A DNA stretch of 64,000 bases, taken from NCBI GenBank assembly GCA_016748015.1, contig JAAOMT010000561.1:194026-258025 (forward strand), in the 5' to 3' direction. The DNA comes from Geosiphon pyriformis uo1. Its lineage: Eukaryota; Fungi; Glomeromycota. Both the position numbers and the translations under genes were made by a program. The notes beneath the pieces were generated by a model. It had not been told where the DNA came from. It did not search any database and saw only the letters and a program-made list of their open reading frames with translations. Each line of letters opens with the position of its first letter. Positions within the stretch are counted from its first letter, which is position 1. Positions 37,222 through 47,300 of this stretch are shown here, piece after piece.

Positions 37222-39196
37222 AATGTATTTTTAGCTTTTTTGTTTCTCTTTCCTTTTTCTATTAATAATTAACTAGAGTGGATTCCAAACATTGAAAAAT
37301 CTTTGTTTCATTCTACCTACTTATGCAAAATCCTTTTTAATGCAGCATCAATTAACAATTGGTGGGTAATAAATTCATTAATGGTGTTGGGTTTTTGTTT
37401 AAAGAAAAAATGGAAAGATCCATATAGACAGTGATCATTGATTTCACTGTCCTTTGGGCCGCTAATGTTATTATCAAATACTGTCTTTATTTTATTGTTA
37501 AAACTAGTAAGAGTTAAATTAGCGATATTGAAAACAGGAGCTTTCTCAGTTCTAAACTCTTCATTTTTCTATCTTGTAACGGAGTTCTTAGGGCTATTGT
37601 TCAAATATCTCAGAGGGATATGGAAAAACCATCGTTTACTCAAATTTTGGTGAATAATACATTTTTGATGGTGTGTGTGATCTTAAACTGATAGAATCAT
37701 TGATGATAACCAAGATATGATATAATTTTTTGACTATTAAAAAAAGATGCTTAGATCTTTTGTTAAGTACAAGCTAAGATTAAAACGTTTTTTTTTTTTT
37801 AAAGTTTTTTATATTAAACGATGAGAAAGTAAATTAAACGGCGAAAAACAAATAATAAGAGTAAATCTCAAGAAACCATTGTCATTCATAAGCACGCTTT
37901 CTTAAAATTTTCCACGCTTTTTGATTTGATTGATAAAATTGAACTTTAAAAAAAAAAAAAAAAAAAATAGATTTTTCAAAGGCTAGAAAGTGAAACAAAA
38001 GCTCATTTTTCATTATAGATAAAAGCTAAAACATTTGCAAGCTAATTTTTTTGAAAATATTCAATAAAAGTTTTTTTTTTAAAGAGGATAAAAATTTACT
38101 TTAGATTTTCCAAATACAAAAATAATATTAAAAAATTTGAAATTTTACATGTTTGTGAAAAAAAAAAATTTTTTTTGATTCTCTAATGCAAAGACAATAA
38201 AAGATTAAAGTTTTTTTGCCAACTGTTTCAATTTGTACTGTTTCTATCATCGCAATACATGCCTGAAAAATTTGGTCAAACGTATTACAATTTTCGAAAA
38301 TTTTAAACCTTCAAATACTGCTGTGTTATGTATTTTGGCATTAAAGGACATTTCTCCTTTCACTTTAAGGTTGTTTATTAATCAAGAAATTATATAAAAA
38401 AAAATGAAATTTCATTCTTTTCATTTATTCTCAATCCAAAACATAATATCGTAACTCACCTTGCACTTTTGTCACTGCGTCAATTCTGTTTCAATCAATA
38501 AAAAGTCTAATTTAAAATTATTCTAAATGAAAATCTCGTTAATTTAGAATGTTATTTCCTTTCGAGTAACCGGTTCCCAAAGCTAATTTTATTTGATGAA
38601 ATAAGATGCAAGTTTATGAAATTCATGCATATGGGAAAATGATTCAATGACTCTCTTATACAAGATCAAAAAAAAAAACTCATTCACTTTAGAAAGTGCT
38701 TGTTTTACAAATGGGACCACAGCCGTGATTATTCCCTGTTCCTTTATCCAAAACAAATCTGTATAAAAAGGGAGTTTCAGGTGTCAACAATCAATCAATT
38801 AAAATCAATCAAAACAAATCAAATCAAAATCAAATCAAATCATTAATGTTGAGTAAGAGGTAAATCAGAATCAACTAGGAAATATGGTTTAGTAGATTTC
38901 TGCATCCAGTAAACAAAAACTAATCGGATTTTTTAACTGAAAAGCGGCGTACCCTATTTAAATTTGGCCCAATACTAATAAATCACTCGCATAATTTCAT
39001 GCATCACGAGTAAATCAATCAATCAGGAGGCGTACACCTTTACAACCATTACCAATAAATTATTATAGTCATTATTGAGACATTTTTAAGACTAAGCACG
39101 CTTTCCTTTTTCCTCACTTTTGTTTCTCAAAAAATATATTGAAAGACAAACCTTATGATTTTTTGATTTTTTTCCTGGCAAAAATCTTTTGGAAAA

Positions 39197-40039
39197 ATGA
39201 ATTTAATTAATGAAAAATTTAAAGAACGCCAAAAACAAAACGACGATGTTTTGAAAACCACGAAATTAAAGATGGTTGGAACACCAGCAACTGGCATTCT
39301 TACTATTTCAAGTTCTATAAACGAACAATACAATCAGGAACAAAATACATTTCATAATGGAAGCTCACCGACAACTCCGATAAAAAGTTTTTTTGATACT
39401 GTTTTGGCAATAGTTAAACCTGAAAGTGTTTTAAAACGAAGTGGTTCAAGTTCGAGCTGCAGAAGTAATTGCTCAAATAAGGACAACCAAAAAGAAGGAA
39501 ATTCAAATCAACAGATACGTCACAAATTTAAAAGATTAAAGCGGTTCAACTCGACAAAATCGTTAAAATCCAGCATTTCCAACCCTAACTCAACAACGAT
39601 AAATTCAAATATTGAACCAAGTAAAACAGCTCTTAAACGATCTCCATCTTCACCACAACTTCATCAACAAAAATTCAACTCTACGATTACTCTAAATATT
39701 CATCTTCATTGGGATCGAAACACCTCATTTAACCTTACGTTTCCACGTGGCTCATCGTTTCAGGATTTTAAACGAGAGATTTCGTTAAAAATCAAACAAA
39801 GACTTCCTGATGATTTGGTTGCTTTGTATCATTGTTCGAGTATGACCGAACTAGATGATAAGTTACTGTATACAGAGAAAGATCCAGTATTTATTGAATT
39901 TTTGTTAAGACAAGAGAAGATGAGGAAAGTGGATAGCAATAAATGTTGGTGTGCCTCATTGTTATGGTGGCGGGATGATGTTGAGTTGACCTTGTTTGCT
40001 TTATCACAATTAGAAACTTTGAACAAAGTACGAAACTAG
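39197..40039 (+). CDS. Uncharacterised protein, paralogue D
   Basis: Intact 280-aa ORF. TPIKSFF...LKRSGS motif, same C-terminal domain. Confidence 0.88.
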   Translation: MNLINEKFKERQKQNDDVLKTTKLKMVGTPATGILTISSSINEQYNQEQNTFHNGSSPTTPIKSFFDTVLAIVKPESVLKRSGSSSSCRSNCSNKDNQKEGNSNQQIRHKFKRLKRFNSTKSLKSSISNPNSTTINSNIEPSKTALKRSPSSPQLHQQKFNSTITLNIHLHWDRNTSFNLTFPRGSSFQDFKREISLKIKQRLPDDLVALYHCSSMTELDDKLLYTEKDPVFIEFLLRQEKMRKVDSNKCWCASLLWWRDDVELTLFALSQLETLNKVRN

Positions 40040-41964
40040 AGTGCAAGCGAAACCATTTTTTGTATAGTTTTTTTATCCAACCAAATATAGATCTTAGGTG
40101 TGTATATATTCAAAGCTCCATCTGAATTTTTTGATTTCATATATATGTTTCTGGTAAAAATATAAGCCAGCTCCAATAAAATCCATGTAAAAAATATTTT
40201 CTTGGAGGAGAATAACTAGGATAAGGGAGATATATTTCAATTTAAGTATTAATTGAGAAATCATGGGATAGCGAAATTTTTTTTTTGAAATTCGCACAGG
40301 GGGATTAAAACAAGAGGATGAAATTTCAGAATGGCTTAAGGTTTATTTGATTTGTAAAAAAACATGATTTCTTTTTGGCATTATGGATTTCATTTATTAC
40401 ATATTCAAATATTTAAAATTTTTCATCCCCAAAAGTACTCATTAAAACAATTACGAATAATGTCATCACAATAAAAGGTTTTTAAATAAATACATTATTT
40501 GAATTCATGTGATTGAATCGAATGACTATTTTCCCAAAATAAGACGAAATACACAAATGATAATAGTAAATATATTTAATGAAAATGTAATTATATCAAA
40601 GTAAAAAGGTTTTTTTAGGAACTATTAAGTTTGGAATTGAATAGGGATGCTTAGTGGATTACGAATTATTTTCATTACATCAACCAGAATAAATATTTTG
40701 ACGGAACATTTCCATAATAATGACAACAACATTGATGATTATTGGTAATAATGATAAAAAATAGTAGTACATATGATGCACTATGTAAATCTCTTGATTT
40801 CCTTGGTGATTAATAGTAACACATAACACTTACATAATTGTTACATGATATTTTTTTTTACTTGAAAAATCTTATTTATCAAAAATTTAAAAATCAATTC
40901 ATAAACTATAATTGAATTTTTTTTTACAAGTATTTTTTCTTATTTAAATTAATTTATGATTAGTATTTATATATAAATTTTTAAAACTATAATATATATA
41001 TATATGTATTAAAAAAAATTATTAATTTCTTATTTTTAAATCTATAAATTTAAAATTTTTAATAAATTCAATTTTTATACATATTATATGTTAAATCTAT
41101 TTAATTAATAATTAAAATTAAAATAATATTTTATTTTTTAAAGTATATTAAAAATGAATAAAAATTTTTTTCTCTTGTATTTTCATAATTACAATAAAAA
41201 TAAAGAGTAAAAAAAAAGCAATCTTTTTTTTTTCTTGTTGTTTTTACAAGTTTTAATATTAATAAAGATTTTTAGCTTTAAGTAAAAATTTTTTTAAACA
41301 ATTAATTAAAAATAGTTTTAGTGTAATTGTTATCATCATAAAAAATTTAACAGAAAATTGATAATTAGAGTATTTTTTTTTCTAAATAACTTTTTTTATT
41401 TTTGTTCAAATATTTAAAATATTATTGTTTTTTAAAAAAATTTTAAATACTATAATTATTAAAAATTAGTATTTTAAAAAAAAGCCATATTTAATAAAAA
41501 AATTTTATTTATTAATATTGTTTTAAGTATTTAAATTTGAATTATTTAACTTTTAAATATAAAATATTTTTAAGATTTTGTAAGTTAATTTGTTAATTTA
41601 AAGTTATATGTTAAAATAATTGTTTTTTTTTTGTTTTTTAATCTATTATCAATAAAATTTCAGTTAATAAAATTATTTTTGTTTAATGTTTTTAATTATA
41701 ATATTAATAAATATTTTATTTGTTATAGATTTTAAAATAATAAAAAAATACAAAGAAAAAACAGATAAAAAATAATTAAAAATAATTTAATTAATTAAAC
41801 AAATTAATTTTATAAATATGTTAATTATTATTTTTTAGAAAAAAATCTAAAAATAAAAAGATTTTTATATTATTAACCAAAATAATATAATTGTTATAAT
41901 TATATAATATTTTTATAATTTAAAAAAAATTAATTATTAAATTAATAATTACATTAAAATTATT

Positions 41965-42250
41965 TAGTTAATAATCAGATCAATAATTAAATTAATAATT
42001 AGATTAATAATTAAGTTAATAATTAAATAAATAATTAGATTAACAATTAAGTTAATAATTATATTAATAATTAATCTTAAATTAAAAGATTTAATTATAA
42101 TAGTTTTTTATTAACTTTTATAAAATATATTAAATAAATATTTATTAAAAAATACAACTAATATCTGTTATTGAATTCTAAATATGTTAATATAAATTAT
42201 AGAATTAATAATAATTTTGTTATTTTTTGTTAAAAATATAGACTATTTAC
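41965..42250 (+). repeat. Highly decayed remnant related to the Gypsy LTR at the window start
   Basis: 12-bp periodic array (taataattagat-like). aatatctgttattgaattctaaatatgttaa...tatagactat resembles LTR positions ~337-420. Confidence 0.5.
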
Positions 42251-42512
42251 AAAACTGATATTATAAATTAAATTTTTACAAATTTAAAAAATATTTTGAA
42301 TAAAAATTTTAATTTTTTTAAAATATATTAAATTTAAAATAAAATAAATCTTAATATATTTGATAATTTTTTAATATATTACTTTTATTATTATTGAATA
42401 AAAAATTAAAATTAAAACTTCTTTTTCTCTTACATTCAAAAAACCCCAACAAATACTTTTCTGAAAAAAGTTTTTTTTTATTTTTTCTTGTTAATACTTT
42501 ATCAATATTTCT

Positions 42513-44396
42513 TTGTCTAATAACCCTTTTGTTGTGGATTTGGAGGCTGCTTCAGGTGGCAACATGTCTAAAAAGAGGACGCTTAAGGGTGTTTTTCATG
42601 GTCCTGCTGGTGGTTCTTTCTCTCAGAAAAAAAAGAAACTTCTTGGCAATGTTAAACACTCTGGCAATGAGAAAGATATATCTCTGAAGTCTGGTTCTGG
42701 TACTGGTTCATTTTCTGATGTGGATAGTCTATCTGGTGATAATGAAAATATTAGTATGTCTGGTGATTTTGATGGCTCCCTCTTGGATTCGGCTGTTAAC
42801 ACCTCCAAGACTAAAAGAGTTAATACTAGTACGAATTTTGGTTCTCTCAACTTTGAAATAGATAAAGAGATAAAGCCCCTCCCAGCCTCACTCAAGAAGA
42901 AGATTTCTTTGGATAGAATTTGGGTTAATCTTAAGATAGTTAAAACTCCTGTGGAAGTGGCTGTCAAGAAGTTTTTTGCTCTAGATATTAATCTCTCAGC
43001 TGTGGAAGGAAAATTGGATACATCAAAGACCTAGTTAATCAAAAAACTTTTTTCAAAAATCAATGGTTTTGGGGGGACCACTACCTCCTCAAAATTTAAA
43101 GAGATCATTTGATTGATGTTTACTTCTGAAGAAAGCATAAAAAAGGCTGTATCATTGGCTGCTGAAAATGGAATCAGCATAAACAGTGATCTTAGAAAAC
43201 AAGGAGTGCATTCAGATTGGGCTGTGATTATTAAAGAAATTTCCATAGATATGTCAAAGGATATAATTGTCACCACAGTTATTGAGTTTGGTGAAATTAG
43301 GTCGATCAAAATTCAACTGATTGGCATGTGGCAAAAAGCAGTGGTAGAGTTTGCCGAATTGGGTCAGGCTGATTGGTTGGCTCTTAGATAGTCATTCTTA
43401 ATTAGGAAAGATTCTGTGCACATGGCTAAGGCTGTGGAAAATTGTGATATCTGGGCATCAAGGAATCAATTTAGGATGCTTTTGTTTACTTTGCCAGTAG
43501 GGACAACAGTGCATAATCTTGGCTCACTTTTGGAAGCTGCTGGTAAGAAGACTTGCATCATCAACCAGTCATTGAAAACAGGTAATAGATTTCGCTGTGT
43601 GGTGGTTGGTTTTGGCTCTAATGCCAATTTGGAATCTGTTTTTTGTACTGAGCCTATTCTTGGTAGTGTTTGACTCTTATAGGCTAGATTGGATTTGGTT
43701 CGGTGTGGAAAGTATGGGCATTTTGGTTATTCAGTTCTAGAGTGTAATGTGTTGAATGTGTCATCTTTTGAACTCTTGCTTTCATATAAAAAGCCTTCTT
43801 TTGGTGCGAATCATCTTCAGTTGGCTCAATTATATGCCAGAAAAAATGTTTTTGTTTCTCGGCCGGCAGCCTTTGGTGACAAATCTTGGGCTCAAGTAGT
43901 TTCTTTTGCTTCCTCAGCTGGCCACCAATGTTTTGTTTCTAGTTCCAGTTCTGGTTTTTTCTCCTCAGATTACTCCAATTTGGGTGCTAACAGACCTATC
44001 TTTCCTGTTGACATTTCTTCTTTGGATTCTTGTTTGGCAGTTTTGGAGTGCTCTATGGAGCTTTTGGTAGATTGGGTTTCTGACTTGGTGTGTAAACTTA
44101 ACAACTTGGACTTGGTGTCTTTAGGTCCCTCTCTATCATCTAGTGTTGTAGCTCTTCCTTCAGTTTCAGGTTTGGATCTTGGTACAGATATGGTTTTGGA
44201 TGATTCTGTAGAGGTCCTTCTGTCTCCTTCTGGTGGTTTGGGTTTGGGTCCTAACAGTTCAAAGGTTTTGATTTCCAAGGTGGATCTTCTGGAATCCAAG
44301 TTGGTAGCTTTGGAGATCTCTATTAGTTCGGTTTTGATGAAGTTAGATCTGTTGTGTACTGGTTCAGGTTCTCATATTCAGTCTTCTTCTCAATGA
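42513..44396 (+). pseudogene. LINE ORF1 (RRM-like region + decayed CCHC knuckle)
   Basis: VIIKEI...EFGEIRSIKIQLIGMWQKAVVEF and CGKYGHFGYSVLEC. Interrupted by point stops. Confidence 0.8.
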
Positions 44397-47300
44397 GCAA
44401 TTTGATCTGGAAGTTTGCTACATGCAACATTGGTGGCATCAATGTGCCAGCTAAGCAAAAAGATGTGGTGTGTTGGCATGTAGAATCTGGGAATATGGTT
44501 TCAATAATCACAGAAACAAAGTTGAGATCAAGTGTTAGACCTTGAATTAAGGACAGATTTGATGGGGTGCATGTTTTTACTTCTGGTCTTGACAAGAGTT
44601 TTCTGGGGGCCAGGATAGCGATTATTATGAACAATTCTTTGGCTCGGCATATCTCTAAAATGGAAAAAGTTCCTGGTCATGTTATTTCTGTTTGTCTCCT
44701 TTTTAAAGACAAGGTTTCTGTTTCAATTGTTGGCTTGTATACTGGCACTTCTTCTGGTGTTAGATTTGGTCTTGCTTTTGAAGTCAACTCCTTCTTGGCT
44801 CATGTAGTCAACACCAGTAGTTTTGTTGTTCTGGGTGCTGATTTCAATGAGGATGGGTCTAAAAAGAGTGCAAGCTTTGGTTTTTGTTCAAGTTTGGGTC
44901 TGGTCAATTTCTTTGGTGGTTATTCCTTGGTTGAAGTGTCCACTTGGAGTAACTCAAAAGGTGTGACCAAAGTTATTGATTACATTTTTGTTAGTGAGTG
45001 TCTGTTGTCAGCCATGGCTGGGCGCAAAGTTGACTCTGTGTCTAAATTTTTTGATACTGATCACTTGGCTGTTTTGGTTTTTGTTGGTTTGGGCAGTCTT
45101 CTGAATGTTCACATAAGTAGTGTATGTAAATAGGCTAATAGAGATTGGTAGAAGTTCAAATTGAAGGGTGTGGATGATATTGGATGGAATCATTTTAAGG
45201 AATGTTCCTTAAAAAAGTTTATGGTCAAGATGGTGAAGTTTGCTAATATGAAATGTAGTGGCAATTTGAATGCAATGTGGGAGATTCTCAAAGAGGTGGT
45301 GGTGGATTCTGCTAATGCTATCTTTTCCAGGCTTTGGTTTAGTAAGTTTGATTATATGAGGAATAAACTTTCATCGAAGTTTTACAGATTGGAATTGCTG
45401 GTGTCCAAGATTGCCAAAAATCTGAGCTTAGGTTTGCACTTGGTGGCTGACTACTTGGTTGATGTTTGGATGTCTGTTGATAATGAAGAAGCTTCTAAGG
45501 TCTGCCTTATGATTGATGATAGGGTTGAGACTATGGTCATTCTGCATCACATCTCAGTTGTCAAAAAAAGATATCAATAATCCAAGTATTATGAGTTCAA
45601 AGTTGCTAGGGATAACTCTATCAAAGATGCTGTGAAGAAATGCATGGAAAATTTTTGTTCGGACAAAGAGAGAATAATTAGGAATATTTTGGATCAGCCT
45701 TTTAGGAAGGTTGTGCTAGATCACTTGATTGTTGATGATAAGCTCATCTTGGAACCTTTGGAGGTTAAGACTTCTATTAACACAATTATGGAAGGTTGGA
45801 CAAGGAAGCACCTGGACTTTAGTGTTAGTGCTGGTCGCTAGTCTGATCAATATGTTCCTTTGAGTTACATCAATGATAGAGCTTTCTTGGGTGTTATGGA
45901 TGCTATTGATATGAGTGAATTTTTGTGGGTTGTTGGTGATTTACCTGATGAGAAGACTGCTGAACTTTCTGGCATCCCTAACAAACTCTGGAAACATGGT
46001 GCCCCAATTATTCTTGATGGTCTCTTGTGGGTTTTTAATATGTGTTTGGTGTTTGTAATGGTTCCCGACCTTTGGCAAAAATCCTGGGTCTCTATGATTT
46101 CTAAGCCTTATGATTGGGAGGGTGCTTTAACTAACACTAGACCTATAACTTTAATTGAGACTGTTTGGAAGATCTTGTCTAAGATCATTTCTGACAGAAT
46201 TGCCTCAGCTTGCAGCAACTTTGACATTTTACATGGTGACAATTTTTCGGTATTGCAAGGCACTTCTACACAAACTCCCATATTTGCTATTGGTTCGGTT
46301 GTTGAGGATGCTCTAGAGAAAAACAGGAAGTTGTAACTGGTTCTTCAAGATATGCGCAAAGCCTATAACTCTGTTGGTTGGTTTCATTTGCTCAGTAGTC
46401 TAGTCAAGATCAAAATGTGTCCCCACTTCATAAAATTTTTTGGAGGCATCCACAACAATAGAGTCAATCAGGTCATAACAGATTTTGGCTTGACTGATGG
46501 CTATGTTGTGCATGATGGCCTAGATCAAGGGGAGGTGTTTTCACCGCTGCTGTAGAGAATTTTTTATGATCTGCTGCTCTGTGAGGTCAAGAAATATGAA
46601 CAATTGTATGACTACAGGATGTGCTCTAAGTTTTATACTAGATCTGGGAAACCTGACCCTGGGAATGCTTTAACATCCTTTTTTGCTGCAGATGCCTTTG
46701 TTGATGACACAATCTGGATTGGGAACTGCTTAATGGCTACTCAGTAGATCCTTGACATTGCCAGCAAGTTTTTTTCTTTTAATGATATCTTCATAAACAC
46801 TGAAAAAACAGTTGCTATACCTATCAATCAGGGCATTTGTGAGGCTGTTTTGCATATTAGTGGTTCGAGGATTTCAGTGGCCAAAAAAGGTAAGCCTCAT
46901 AGATACTTGGAAATCTTTTTGTCGACTGATAGTTTGGCCAAACCTAGTTTAGCTAAGGCCCATGATGATGTAAGATTTTTTTCAAATGTGATTCTGAAAA
47001 AAGCTATTACCGAAAAGCAATTCTTATATCTGGTTTCTGTTGTTTTACAACCTATCATTGGATACCAACTTCAGTTCAGCTTTGCTTCAAAGAGTATATG
47101 TGGAAAATAAGACAGTATGTTATAAAAAGTTCTTAAGCTAAAGGCTAATTTGCCTAAAGACTTTCCTAATGAAGCATTTCACTATTCTGAGTTTTATGGC
47201 CTGAGAACTTTTGAGCAAGTGCTCACTAAGAATCTGATGGCCAATCTGGTGAAATTTTCTAACATTGGCAGAATTCTCAACAGATTTTTTGATCACAGAG

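Noticed and set aside
42623-44634. Several minus-strand ORFs of 90-115 aa
   Set aside because: Shadow ORFs antisense to LINE ORF1/ORF2.
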